Assembly (NCBI GenBank): GCA_046861385.1
Contig: JBHHTW010000005.1
Location: 1-64,000, forward strand
Direction of reading: 5' to 3'
Origin: Fidelibacterota bacterium
GTDB lineage: Bacteria > Fidelibacterota > Marinisomatia > Marinisomatales > TCS55
Length of the DNA stretch: 64,000 nucleotides
The first letter of the stretch is position 1; each line of letters starts with the position of its first letter. The notes under the pieces are model-generated. The model did no database searches and was not told the origin of the DNA. It saw only the letters and a program-made list of their open reading frames with translations. Made by a program: the position numbers and the translations under genes. Shown one piece after another: positions 9,128-19,918 of the stretch.

Positions 9128-12100
9128 ATGTTGAAAATTTCTCGATTCAGTTTGATTTTAATTTTATTAAGTACATTCGCTTTTACTATCGATCCAAATG
9201 TGGAAAACGTTGTCCCCGGAGAACTCATTGTTAAGCTCAAGCCAGGAACGGCTTTGCTTGCCAAAGGAACCCAATCAACAGGAGTTTTTAAAATAGATGA
9301 TATACTTGCTCCATATCAAGTTGAAGACATATCTCCGGTTGTTCCTTATAAAAAGAGAAACCCAAAACTAACAGACATCAATAGAATCTACAGGATAAAA
9401 TACTCTGATATTACGGATCCAAGGGTAATTTGTAAAAACCTTAACAAATTAGAGAATGTAGTATATGCTGAACCGAGATATATTTATTATGAAATGACAG
9501 TCCCCAATGATCCGGACTATTCTAGCCAATGGCATTTACCTGTGATAGAAGCAAGCTTTGCCTGGAGCACAACAACAGGCGATACCAATGCTATTATTGC
9601 AATTATTGATGATGCGGTTGATATCGATCATGAAGATCTAGCTGATAATATTTTTACTAACTGGGCAGAATACCATGGTACAAGTGGAGTCGATGATGAT
9701 GGCAACGGATATATTGATGATATTCACGGCTGGGATTTTGCAGAAGATGATAATGATCCAAGCCCTTCCATAGAAGGTCAGGACCATGGAACCCATGTTA
9801 CCGGTTGTGCTTCTGCAGTAACCGATAACGGTATTGGAGTTGCAGCCCCGGGTTGGAGTTGTAAAATATTACCCTTGAAATTTTCAAACGATCAAACAGG
9901 TTCTCTCACTGGAGATGCGGGTGCAGCGCTAATATATGCAGCTGATATGGGTGCGGTGGTGACGAATACAAGTTGGGGTGGCGGTGGATATAGTCAATAT
10001 CTTTTAGATGCTTTTGAATATGCGTATGATCTCGGCGTTCTTTCATTGTCTTCTGCAGGAAACAGCTATTCAGATCTGGCTGAATATCCATCTGCTTATC
10101 CTCATGTATTCAGTGTTGCTTCAACGACTACCGGTGATTTGAAATCGGACTTTTCAACCTATAATTTATCCGTGGATATATCATCACCCGGCTCGGGCAT
10201 TTTATCAACAATTCCAAATAATCAATATGCTTATTTTAGTGGTACATCAATGGCGAGTCCGGTGGCGGCGGGTGTTGCTGCTCTTATTAAAGCTCAATTT
10301 CCCGATTTGACACCCTATGAACTGGCTCTCAGACTCTCTTCGACCGCTGATAACATATATGACAATAATCCACCGGAATACAATTTGAAACTGGGTGCCG
10401 GAAGGGTTAATGCGAATAAAGCAGTAAATTTTACCGATGCCCAATTTGTCAGTTTCCCACCCAGATTGGATTTAGTCACATACTCATTTAGCGATACCGC
10501 TTTTGGAAATTCAGATTTTATTTACGATTATGGTGAAAAGATTGAAATAAGTGTTGAACTATATAATTATTCAATTATGGGTTCTAATTCATTTGATTTA
10601 GAACTCGTTGCAACCAACGATAACCTGACAATTACCAACGGTGATGTTTCTGGATTGTCAATTGGGGGTGAAGCCAGTATAATAATTGAAAATGCTTTCA
10701 CTATTGATATTTCGGATAGTGCATCTATTGGAGTTGAAGAACTTGAATTGGTTATAAGTCAGGATAGTGAGTATTTATTTTCCCATCCAATTCGAATGAA
10801 TATTGGGACAGCGCCTGTTCTAATTGTTGATGATGATAACAATGGTCCGAGTGATGTGGAAGCAGAACTTTTTTATACAACCATTTTGGACTCACTTGGG
10901 ATAGACTATTTAATTCATAAGAGGTCTGATGGACCCATAAATCCCAATCAGATCAATGCGACGCCAATTGTAATCTGGTTATGTGAATGGGCTTTTCCTT
11001 CTCTGGATGAGGACGATCGTGAGGCCTTATCATCCTATTTGGACTTGGGTGGTAATTTGTATGTTAGCGGACAGGACCTTGGATGGGATCTTAACGAAAA
11101 TCCTGGCGATGCCTCTCAAACCGAATTCTATACAAATTATCTCCGTGCGACTTGGGGTGGAGATCATGCAAGCACTTTTCAGGTGAACGGTATTGCGGGA
11201 AATCCCATTTCAGATCAGTTAAAATTCGAAATTTATCAACCCGGTTATGATGCCTCTTCTCAATATCCTGACTATTTTACACCTGGGAATGATGCCAATC
11301 TTATATTTGAATACGATAATGGATTGGGTATGGGTCTGTCCTACGCCGGTGATTACAGACTGGTTTATACAGGGGTTGGACTGGAAACATTTGGAAGCAA
11401 TTTTAATTCAACAGCCCCTGCAGATGTAAATGAAACACAAGTGGTTTTCATGGAGAGAACACTTGATTTTCTAAATTTCATTAGTCATGAGCCACTTAAG
11501 GATACAGAAGACTCCACCGCCACCATCGAGTTTCATACGAAACTTTTCAATGACGGCGCCGGCGTTTCTATACCGACATTAGAGTATAAAATCGGTAATA
11601 GTGATTATTTCTCCGTTGAAATGATAGACACGCTGGATGGTTATTACTATTGGGTGGATGGACCCGATTCAACTACCATCATAGAATATTATTTCAAAGT
11701 GGGTACTCGATATTTTGATTGGACCAATCCAATAAACACCGACAAACCGTTTTTATTTAATGTCGGAAGAGATTTGAGACTTCCGGAGCTAACCGATTTA
11801 TCTTACCTGAAGAATAGAATAGATCGTTCCGGAGTTGAAGAAGTTACTGTCGCAGCCACTGATAATATTGGCGTTGCAGGCGCCACGCTGCATTGGTTTT
11901 ATTCCTCCACACCAACTGTCGTCGAAAATGCGGATATGAACTTTGCCAACCATAAGTGGGTAGGGACTCTCTCTTATTCCGGATTAGAAGGAAATGAAAC
12001 TGTTTACTATTATGCAACTGCGTTTGACAGTGCAGCAAATGCAAATGTAGGATATTCCGATACCCTGAGTTTCAAAATTATTAATACAGCAAAATTGACT

Positions 12101-12841
12101 TCTTGGGATGATGATGAAATTGGCGCCTGGGATACCGGTGATCTTTGGGGATTAATGTATTTAAATGCCCTGGCAAAAAATGTTATGAATGATTCACCGT
12201 CAGGGAATTATGAAAATAATAAATCCGATACTTTAACTCTATTAACCCCATTTATGTTAAGTGACTATAATACTAGTTATCTGCAATTTTGGAATGGAGC
12301 TAGATTGAAAGAGGGAGATATCGGTACCGTAGAACTATCGAGCAATGGAATTGATTGGACAGCGGAATATACAATTACCGGTATGAATGTGGCGAATACT
12401 ACCACATTGGAAGTGACTGATTATAAAGAATCCGGAGTCTATATAAGGTTTATCGTAGAAACAAATGATTCAGAAGTGTCCAGTGGATGGTTCGTTGATG
12501 ACATATTTATTTTAGCGGATACTTTGATTGACCTGTCCATTGACGAGTTGAGTCAATTACCGATGGAATATAACCTCTATCAGAATTATCCAAATCCCTT
12601 TAATCCTGTCACAACCATATATTATGACTTACCCAGCCAAAGTAAAATCAATATTGAGATTTTTGACTTGCTTGGCAGAAATGTCAGAACCCTGGTTAAC
12701 GGGACAAAACCCTCAGGGAAGTATTCAATTATTTGGAATGGTAAGGATAAATACGATAAACCGGTCAGCGCCGGAGTGTACTTTTACCAACTCCAAACAG
12801 AAAATTATGTACAGACAAGGAAGATGCTTTTGCTCAAATAA
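9128..12841 (+). CDS. Secreted S8 (subtilisin) serine peptidase with T9SS/FlgD-type C-terminal domain
   Basis: Catalytic triad motifs IAIIDDAVD, DHGTHVTG and GTSMASP; signal peptide and propeptide; C-terminal LYQNYPNPFNP...WNGKD...KMLLLK. Confidence 0.95.
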   Translation: MLKISRFSLILILLSTFAFTIDPNVENVVPGELIVKLKPGTALLAKGTQSTGVFKIDDILAPYQVEDISPVVPYKKRNPKLTDINRIYRIKYSDITDPRVICKNLNKLENVVYAEPRYIYYEMTVPNDPDYSSQWHLPVIEASFAWSTTTGDTNAIIAIIDDAVDIDHEDLADNIFTNWAEYHGTSGVDDDGNGYIDDIHGWDFAEDDNDPSPSIEGQDHGTHVTGCASAVTDNGIGVAAPGWSCKILPLKFSNDQTGSLTGDAGAALIYAADMGAVVTNTSWGGGGYSQYLLDAFEYAYDLGVLSLSSAGNSYSDLAEYPSAYPHVFSVASTTTGDLKSDFSTYNLSVDISSPGSGILSTIPNNQYAYFSGTSMASPVAAGVAALIKAQFPDLTPYELALRLSSTADNIYDNNPPEYNLKLGAGRVNANKAVNFTDAQFVSFPPRLDLVTYSFSDTAFGNSDFIYDYGEKIEISVELYNYSIMGSNSFDLELVATNDNLTITNGDVSGLSIGGEASIIIENAFTIDISDSASIGVEELELVISQDSEYLFSHPIRMNIGTAPVLIVDDDNNGPSDVEAELFYTTILDSLGIDYLIHKRSDGPINPNQINATPIVIWLCEWAFPSLDEDDREALSSYLDLGGNLYVSGQDLGWDLNENPGDASQTEFYTNYLRATWGGDHASTFQVNGIAGNPISDQLKFEIYQPGYDASSQYPDYFTPGNDANLIFEYDNGLGMGLSYAGDYRLVYTGVGLETFGSNFNSTAPADVNETQVVFMERTLDFLNFISHEPLKDTEDSTATIEFHTKLFNDGAGVSIPTLEYKIGNSDYFSVEMIDTLDGYYYWVDGPDSTTIIEYYFKVGTRYFDWTNPINTDKPFLFNVGRDLRLPELTDLSYLKNRIDRSGVEEVTVAATDNIGVAGATLHWFYSSTPTVVENADMNFANHKWVGTLSYSGLEGNETVYYYATAFDSAANANVGYSDTLSFKIINTAKLTSWDDDEIGAWDTGDLWGLMYLNALAKNVMNDSPSGNYENNKSDTLTLLTPFMLSDYNTSYLQFWNGARLKEGDIGTVELSSNGIDWTAEYTITGMNVANTTTLEVTDYKESGVYIRFIVETNDSEVSSGWFVDDIFILADTLIDLSIDELSQLPMEYNLYQNYPNPFNPVTTIYYDLPSQSKINIEIFDLLGRNVRTLVNGTKPSGKYSIIWNGKDKYDKPVSAGVYFYQLQTENYVQTRKMLLLK

Positions 12842-12869
12842 GGAAATACTTCCGGTAGGTTTCAATAAG

Positions 12870-12925
12870 AGAGCGGCTTTTGGTTGCCTAATCATTTAGA
12901 CAGCTGAAAGCCGCTTTGTTTTTTT
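12870..12925 (+). terminator. Rho-independent terminator
   Basis: Long stem AGCGGCTTTTGGTTGCCTAA/TTAGACAGCTGAAAGCCGCT followed by TTGTTTTTTT. Confidence 0.8.
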
Positions 12926-13063
12926 ACTAAATATTGGTTTTTTTCATCAGGGACTTTAAAAGCCGCTATAGAATTATTCATTTAAAATGATGGGTAATGA
13001 TTCCGTTCCATTTTAATTTTAACCGAATGAATATGAGTAAACATTAATAATAAAAGAATTGGT

Positions 13064-13864
13064 ATGAAGATATACATTAGTGTTGATATGGAAGGCATTA
13101 CAGGTATCACCCATTGGGACGAAGTCGATCATCACAAGCCAGCTTATGGCCCTTTTCAGAAACAAATGTCCCTGGAAGCAGCGGCGGCATGTGAGGGCGC
13201 CATTAAGGCAGGTGCAAAAGAGATCATTGTCAAGGATGCACATTATTCCGGGCGCAACATTTTAGCAGATTATCTGCCAAAAGGAGTGAAGTTGATCCGG
13301 GGCTGGAGTGGACATCCTTATTCCATGGTTCAGGAATTAGATAGCTCTTTTGACGGCCTAATGATGGTGGGGTATCATTCAAGGGCAGGACAAGGCGGCA
13401 ATCCTCTTGCTCATACAATGTCATCCGGTAGAGTGGAATCAATCACTATCAATAACCAACAGACATCAGAATTCTTTCTCCATGGAAATATTGCTGCCAA
13501 GCACGGAGTTCCGGTGATATTTGCATCCGGGGACAAGGGTCTATGTGAGGAGGTAAATGAATTGAGTCCCTATACAATCACTCATGCTACCATGACAGGC
13601 ATAGGTGATTCTACCATCAGCTTGCAGCCGAAGGAGTCCATCGCAGCCATTCAAGCTAAATCTGAAGAAGCTTTGAAGGTGAATCTTTCAAAATGCTTGT
13701 GGAGTCATCCCGATTCATTCAAAGTACAGATTAAGTTCATGAAACAGCATCTGGCTTACCGGGCATCCCATTATGTCGGAGTATCCCTTCTTGATCCCAA
13801 GACAGTTGAATTTATTACAGACGACTATGATGAAGTCATGAGGTTAATACATTTTGTAGTTTAA
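13064..13864 (+). CDS. dppA: M55 family D-aminopeptidase
   Basis: MKIYISVDMEG, VKDAH, GYHSRAG and LAHT motifs. Confidence 0.93.
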   Translation: MKIYISVDMEGITGITHWDEVDHHKPAYGPFQKQMSLEAAAACEGAIKAGAKEIIVKDAHYSGRNILADYLPKGVKLIRGWSGHPYSMVQELDSSFDGLMMVGYHSRAGQGGNPLAHTMSSGRVESITINNQQTSEFFLHGNIAAKHGVPVIFASGDKGLCEEVNELSPYTITHATMTGIGDSTISLQPKESIAAIQAKSEEALKVNLSKCLWSHPDSFKVQIKFMKQHLAYRASHYVGVSLLDPKTVEFITDDYDEVMRLIHFVV

Positions 13865-14013
13865 TTATTAATGTAGGAAAAGTAGGAAGCACTGAAGAAG
13901 AATGCATGTGAGAAGATGGAGTTAAATTATTATACAGAGAATAGAATTTTATCATGTGGAAAGCGATTATTTAAAATGTTAAAATACCTTAGATCATATT
14001 CGATAAAACACGA

Positions 14014-15465
14014 ATGAATACTTACGCCGTACAAAACACTATTTTATTTCTGCTCTCAAAAGCATTCAATGAGTTGTTTCAACCTCGCCAGATTGTGATC
14101 GAACATTCATTTGGAGATGGATTATTTTGTCATTCGGTCAACTGGGAAAAAATTTCAAATGATGAACTTAATCGCCTGGAAGAACAATTAATTAATTGGA
14201 TAGACAATCCGGTGGAAATAGTTTTGGATTCCCAGCCAAGAAAAAACGTTCAATTGGATTTACAGAATTTGAATTCTCTGAGCAAACTTGAGCTCCTCCG
14301 GCAATGGAAAGGGGATTGGATTCCGTTGATTCATTTTGGACCCCACTGGGATCTTCAATTAGGTGAGATGGAAACGAATAAATCCCTTTTAAAGATTTTC
14401 CAACTTCTTAAATATAATGATGGATTTATTATTCGTTTTCAGAATGATAAGGGTATTTTCCCACCTTTTAAAGATCAGCCAAAATTGTTTTCAATCATTG
14501 AAGAGCATGAGCAGTGGGGGACCATTTTAAGGATTTCTACTATTCGAGAGTTGAATGAATTGATCCGAAGTGGGGATATTCAGGAAATGATCTGGGTGGC
14601 GGAAGGTCTACATGAAAAGAAAATAAGTGATATTTCTGATCATATAGTGAATGATTTCCCGCATAAACGAATCATCCCCATTGCAGGCCCTTCCTCATCC
14701 GGGAAAACAACCTTCGCGAAACGGCTCGGAATTCAGTTGCGGGTAAATGGTTTCAATACGATACAAATATCCATGGATGATTACTTTATTGATCGTGGAG
14801 ATTTAAAGCCAAACCATGAAGGTGAACTTGATTTTGAATCTATTGATTCAATCAATATGGATTTACTTTGTCATCGATTGAACGAGTTGCTCAATGGGAA
14901 AAATATACCGAAACGAGAGTATGATTTTCAAACCGGAAGAGGTCATGACACTGAGGAAACCATTATTCTCGGTAATCGGGATTTTATTTTACTGGAGGGA
15001 ATCCATGGGTTAAATCCTGTGTTAAGAGAAAAAATGGGATCAATGCGGTGCCAACGAATCTATGTAAGCGCCATTACCCAAATGAATATTGATGCAAACC
15101 ATCGAGTTTCCACTTCGGATAATCGACTGATCCGGCGGATGGTGAGGGATTATAAATATCGCGGTTATAGTTCTATGGAGACTTTAACCAGATGGCCCAT
15201 GGTAAGGCACGGGGAAGATATGAATATATTTCCGTTCCAGGAGGAAGCTGATTTCATGTTTAATTCATCGCTGGTTTATGAGTTGCCGGTATTGGCAAAA
15301 TATGCCATTCCGTTACTCAAGGATATAGGCAAAGACTCACTATTCGCTATTGAAGCAGAAAGATTAAAAACGTTTTTATCATTTTTTGAAGTAATCGATG
15401 AGGAATTAGTTAGAAGGATTTCTATTTTAAGAGAGTTTATTGGCGGTAGTGAATTTAATTATTAG
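14014..15465 (+). CDS. Nucleoside (uridine) kinase family protein with N-terminal ThrRS-like region
   Basis: IAGPSSSGKTT P-loop, ISMDDYF, LEGIHGLN and RRMVRD. Confidence 0.85.
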   Translation: MNTYAVQNTILFLLSKAFNELFQPRQIVIEHSFGDGLFCHSVNWEKISNDELNRLEEQLINWIDNPVEIVLDSQPRKNVQLDLQNLNSLSKLELLRQWKGDWIPLIHFGPHWDLQLGEMETNKSLLKIFQLLKYNDGFIIRFQNDKGIFPPFKDQPKLFSIIEEHEQWGTILRISTIRELNELIRSGDIQEMIWVAEGLHEKKISDISDHIVNDFPHKRIIPIAGPSSSGKTTFAKRLGIQLRVNGFNTIQISMDDYFIDRGDLKPNHEGELDFESIDSINMDLLCHRLNELLNGKNIPKREYDFQTGRGHDTEETIILGNRDFILLEGIHGLNPVLREKMGSMRCQRIYVSAITQMNIDANHRVSTSDNRLIRRMVRDYKYRGYSSMETLTRWPMVRHGEDMNIFPFQEEADFMFNSSLVYELPVLAKYAIPLLKDIGKDSLFAIEAERLKTFLSFFEVIDEELVRRISILREFIGGSEFNY

Positions 15466-15511
15466 AGAAATGTCTAAATGAAGTTCTGTAAGGATCTCTA
15501 TTCAGCAAATA

Positions 15512-16363
15512 TCAAATAGGTGTTATGCGCTGATCATTCCAATAAGTTAGACTGATATTGAGTGTAAAATTATTTCTGATAAATTTGAGTGGTACATTAT
15601 ATCGGTTCGATTCTAAGGAATTCATATTACTAACGACGTCCCATCCTGCAGTGATACCCCAAGTATTTTTCTGACTATTTTCTGAAGCTCTGGATACGGC
15701 TATTCCTGCATATACATTTTGCTTAAACATATAAATCAGTTCTGTTTTTAATATGGAATATTTATCATGGTTGTGCTGTTTGCCGTATACATCTCTGTCT
15801 GTGAATAACAGGGGTAAATCTTTGATGTATTCAACCGCATTTCCCCATTGTCTAAAACCCAATCTTAAGTATAAAGGACTGTCTGGATTGTTATGCTTAT
15901 AATACCAAAAAAGAACTCCAGAAAGATTACCAATTTCATCATTGATTGAAAATCTCCAACCATTACGTTTTTCCATAGCATCCAGAGCTTCTATACTAAA
16001 CCAGGAAACGGATGTTAGAATCATGGAAGGCCAGGGAGATTGGACATGAAAATAATTTTTCAAAATTGCATAATGGATATCCTGGGAAACAATATTTCCG
16101 ATTGCGTGGATAACATCATCAACAAAAAATGGTTCTTTTTCGCCTATATTAGAAAATGGATTAATTTTTCTAAACCCTTCCGGCCACCACATTTTATATG
16201 CCAGCGAGTATCCAGTAATGTATTCTGCACCTAAAAGAATCGAGCCGGTTAATATGCGTTTATTTTTTGCTCTCAATGATTCTTGATGGCTCGATAAATC
16301 GTTTTGAGAAAAAGCCAAAGACATCATCAGAACTATCAATAGATTTAAACACACTATCCTCAT
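15512..16363 (-). CDS. Exported protein, DUF2279/YfiM-like
   Basis: Signal peptide; DxxxH and IEALD...FSINDEIGNLSG motifs resemble DUF2279. Confidence 0.55.
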   Translation of the reverse strand: MRIVCLNLLIVLMMSLAFSQNDLSSHQESLRAKNKRILTGSILLGAEYITGYSLAYKMWWPEGFRKINPFSNIGEKEPFFVDDVIHAIGNIVSQDIHYAILKNYFHVQSPWPSMILTSVSWFSIEALDAMEKRNGWRFSINDEIGNLSGVLFWYYKHNNPDSPLYLRLGFRQWGNAVEYIKDLPLLFTDRDVYGKQHNHDKYSILKTELIYMFKQNVYAGIAVSRASENSQKNTWGITAGWDVVSNMNSLESNRYNVPLKFIRNNFTLNISLTYWNDQRITPI

Positions 16364-16506
16364 GACAAAAATTAATAACGTCAGGGATTATTCGGAGGAT
16401 TTAATTGATGAAATATTATTATCTGAACATGAATCACAGTAATTTCCAATTACAATTTTATCTATCCGTTAACCTGTTGCAAAAAGCGATAAACAAAAAC
16501 ATGATA

Positions 16507-17874
16507 ATGAATAAATATATTTTTAGAGAATATGATATTCGCGGCAAGGTGTCCGAAGATTTTCCACCGGATGTAGTTGAAAATCTGGGAAAAGGGTTTG
16601 GGACATTTGTCAAGCGTGCCGGTGGTCAGGAAATTGCTTTAAGCGGCGATATCCGCCTCACAACTCCTGAATTGATTGAAAATTTTAAAAAAGGTGTCTT
16701 ATCAACAGGAGTGGATGTGATTAACCTGGGTATTCTACCGACACCGGTAAACTATTTTAGCATGTTCGAACTGGGCGTCTCCGGGGCCATGCAAATTACC
16801 GGGTCACACAATCCGCCAGAGTTTAATGGGTTTAAAATGTCTCTGGAACGGAAGGCAGTGTTTGGTGATCAGATACAGGATATTCGTAAAATTATCGAAA
16901 AAGAAGATTATGAATCGGGCGAAGGGAGTGAAGTAAAGCATGATCTGAAAAGTAAATATACTGAAATGATCCTGAAAAAGATAAAAATCGAAAGACCTTT
17001 AAAGGTCGTCATGGATTGCGGCAATGCCGCAGGAGGCATTCTTGCTCCTGACATATTTAAAAAATTGAATATTGAATTGACTGAACTTTATTGTGATATT
17101 GATGGCACCTTCCCGAATCACCACCCAGATCCCACTGTAAAGGAAAACCTTGCCGACCTGATTGACACCATGAAAACTGGTCAATATGATATAGGTGTGG
17201 CGTTTGATGGTGATGCCGATCGAGTGGGAGTAGTGGATGAAACTGGAGAAATTATTTGGGCAGACCAGCTAATGGCATTATTTCTTCCTGAAGTAATCCA
17301 AAATGAAGGGGAAGAAATATTATACGATGTAAAATGCTCCCAGGCTCTGGAAGAAATGATTGTGAATTATGGCGGGAAACCAATCATGTGGAAAACCGGA
17401 CACTCGTTGATTAAACAGAAAATGCATGAATTAGGCTGCCGGTTAGGCGGGGAAATGAGCGGACATATCTTTTTTGCCGATGATTATTTCGGTTATGATG
17501 ATGCCATTTATGTGGCACTCCGAATTATTCAAACACTTTCTCGTACAGATAAAAAATTATCTGAATTGAGAAGAGAACTTCCCACATATTATTCTACTCC
17601 GGAAATGAGAATGGAAGCAGAAAACGATGAAGAAAAATTTCGCATTGCCAACGAAGCAATTGAGTATTTTACAACCCATTATGATTGCAGTACAGTAGAC
17701 GGTGTTCGTATACGATTTGGCGATGGATGGGGATTGGTGCGCTCATCCAACACTCAACCGGTCATTGTTTGCAGATTCGAAGCCAATTCTCAAGAACGAA
17801 TGGAAGAAATAAAAAACCTGGTATTAAATAAACTCAAGGAATTCGGGATACTGAAAGCGGATGTCGGACACTAA
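16507..17874 (+). CDS. Phosphomannomutase/phosphoglucomutase
   Basis: IFREYDIRG, ITGSHNP phosphoserine loop, FDGDADR and GEMSGH; start is probably ATG 16507 or 16501 rather than 16405. Confidence 0.95.
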   Translation: MNKYIFREYDIRGKVSEDFPPDVVENLGKGFGTFVKRAGGQEIALSGDIRLTTPELIENFKKGVLSTGVDVINLGILPTPVNYFSMFELGVSGAMQITGSHNPPEFNGFKMSLERKAVFGDQIQDIRKIIEKEDYESGEGSEVKHDLKSKYTEMILKKIKIERPLKVVMDCGNAAGGILAPDIFKKLNIELTELYCDIDGTFPNHHPDPTVKENLADLIDTMKTGQYDIGVAFDGDADRVGVVDETGEIIWADQLMALFLPEVIQNEGEEILYDVKCSQALEEMIVNYGGKPIMWKTGHSLIKQKMHELGCRLGGEMSGHIFFADDYFGYDDAIYVALRIIQTLSRTDKKLSELRRELPTYYSTPEMRMEAENDEEKFRIANEAIEYFTTHYDCSTVDGVRIRFGDGWGLVRSSNTQPVIVCRFEANSQERMEEIKNLVLNKLKEFGILKADVGH

Positions 17875-18820
17875 TTCATATTCTGAACTGATCAATTTCA
17901 TTCGTTCCGAAACAGACCTTCATCTTCAGAACATGAAATTGCCTGAAGAACCGTCTTATTTATACCGTCCGATAGATTTTGCATTAAAGGGAAAAGGAAA
18001 GCGTCTTCGCCCCATTCTGGTTCATCTTTCCGGCAGGGGATTCGGTGCAGATCCGGAAGATCTCATGAATGCCGGATTGGCAGTTGAACTAATGCACAAT
18101 TTTACTCTCGTTCATGATGATATTATGGATAATGATGAAACACGTCATGGCCAACCAACTATTCATAAACATTTCAGCGTCAATAAGGCTATTTTGGCTG
18201 GTGATAGTATTTTTGCATTGGCTCAGCTAATGATTGGAAAAGTGAAATCCTTTGATGCATTCCAGGCGTTCAATACTGCGTCTTTGTCAGTGTGTGAAGG
18301 TCAAGCTTATGATTTAGAATATGAAAATGATTCGCAAGTTAGTCTGGAGCAATATCTGAATATGATCGGGAAAAAAACAGGAAAATTATTAAGTATCTGC
18401 GCGGAATTGGGAGCAATCCTTGGACATAAGGATGAATTGATACGAAATGAGATGAGAAATTATGGAATGAATTTGGGTATGGCATTCCAGGTGCAGGACG
18501 ATTTACTTGAAATTTTTAGCGATTCAGAACAAATGGGTAAAAGTTTAGGCAGCGATGTTTCTGCCGGTAAACAGACTATTATGACACTGTTAGCTAAAAA
18601 ACATGACGGCTGGGATGAAATCGAAAGTATTCAGGAAAATATTACTTTAAAGTTGAAACGAATGCGCAGGTTTTTTATTGAAACTGGAGTGAATAAGAGA
18701 GCTGAAGAAATGGCAAACCAATTTATTCAAAAAGCGAAATCATCCTTATCCATTTTACAGGATGATCATCAAAAAACATTGAATCAATTTACGGAACAGG
18801 TATTAAACAGGACTTACTAG
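17861..18820 (+). CDS. Polyprenyl (geranylgeranyl-type) diphosphate synthase
   Basis: GKRLRP, LVHDDIMD and FQVQDDLL motifs. Confidence 0.93.
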   Translation: MSDTNSYSELINFIRSETDLHLQNMKLPEEPSYLYRPIDFALKGKGKRLRPILVHLSGRGFGADPEDLMNAGLAVELMHNFTLVHDDIMDNDETRHGQPTIHKHFSVNKAILAGDSIFALAQLMIGKVKSFDAFQAFNTASLSVCEGQAYDLEYENDSQVSLEQYLNMIGKKTGKLLSICAELGAILGHKDELIRNEMRNYGMNLGMAFQVQDDLLEIFSDSEQMGKSLGSDVSAGKQTIMTLLAKKHDGWDEIESIQENITLKLKRMRRFFIETGVNKRAEEMANQFIQKAKSSLSILQDDHQKTLNQFTEQVLNRTY

Positions 18821-19863
18821 TGGACATAAAATCAATTGATACACAAAACATGAGAAAAGCTATATTTGACTTTCCAGCTCATCTAATAGATGCGTTGACC
18901 ATTGGTAGAAATTTCACACCAAAGAACATTTTTCAAGACATTCAAAATATTGTTGTTGCCGGCATGGGTGGTTCTGCCATAGGTGGCGATGTCTGCCGAT
19001 TATTGGTTTCCAATGACCTGACTGTTCCATTGGTCGTATGCCGGAATTATACATTACCAAACTGGGTGAACAAACATACTTTAGTCATCTGCTCATCCTA
19101 TTCCGGAAACACGGAAGAATCCCTATCAGCGTTTGAGAATGGGCAAGAAAAGGGTGCGATGTTATGCGGTATATCGACCGGTGGTATTTTGACGGAAAAA
19201 ATGCAAGCAATTGGTCTGGATGTTATTTCAATTCCTGCGGGACTTCAGCCGAGAGCTGCTCTTGCTTATTCAGTTGTTCCGATGCTTTTTCATCTCATTA
19301 ACCAGAGATTGATTAATGATTCGATATTAGATGATATTCAAAATGCTGCTGAAATGCTTATGGGGAAGAGAGAAGGCTATCGTACTGAAAATAGACAAAA
19401 TCCCACCTATCAATTGGCTAGTAAAATTTTCGATACCATTCCCATTATTTATGGGTCATCAGAAACCACAGCAATTGTAGCGTTACGATTAAAAGGACAA
19501 TTTTGTGAAAATGCAGATATGCTGGCTTATCATAACGAATTACCAGAGATGAATCATAATGAAATTGTCGGCTGGGAAAACAACTCAGATGTGTTTAATC
19601 ATTTTAGTGTTTTGTGGATTAAAGATGAAAAGGATCATCCTCGTGTACAATTAAGACAGGAAATTACTCGACAAATTATTGAGGGGAAAAATACTAACCA
19701 GCACATTATACGTGTTGAAGGATCCACTCCCAACTCACGATTTTTACATTTGATCCATTTTGGAGACTGGGTGAGTTATTGGTGCGCGATTTTCCATGAT
19801 ACCAATCCTTCTCCCGTAAAACCGATTATGCGTTTAAAAAATAAATTATCAGAAAAAGAGTAA
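18820..19863 (+). CDS. Bifunctional phosphoglucose/phosphomannose isomerase (SIS fold)
   Basis: GMGGSAIGG, SYSGNTEE, QPRAA and PEMNHNEI motifs. Confidence 0.92.
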   Translation: MDIKSIDTQNMRKAIFDFPAHLIDALTIGRNFTPKNIFQDIQNIVVAGMGGSAIGGDVCRLLVSNDLTVPLVVCRNYTLPNWVNKHTLVICSSYSGNTEESLSAFENGQEKGAMLCGISTGGILTEKMQAIGLDVISIPAGLQPRAALAYSVVPMLFHLINQRLINDSILDDIQNAAEMLMGKREGYRTENRQNPTYQLASKIFDTIPIIYGSSETTAIVALRLKGQFCENADMLAYHNELPEMNHNEIVGWENNSDVFNHFSVLWIKDEKDHPRVQLRQEITRQIIEGKNTNQHIIRVEGSTPNSRFLHLIHFGDWVSYWCAIFHDTNPSPVKPIMRLKNKLSEKE

Positions 19864-19918
19864 AAAAATATTGTTTAGGTCTAAAATCGAAGTCTATATT
19901 TAATCAGGAAATAATTCC

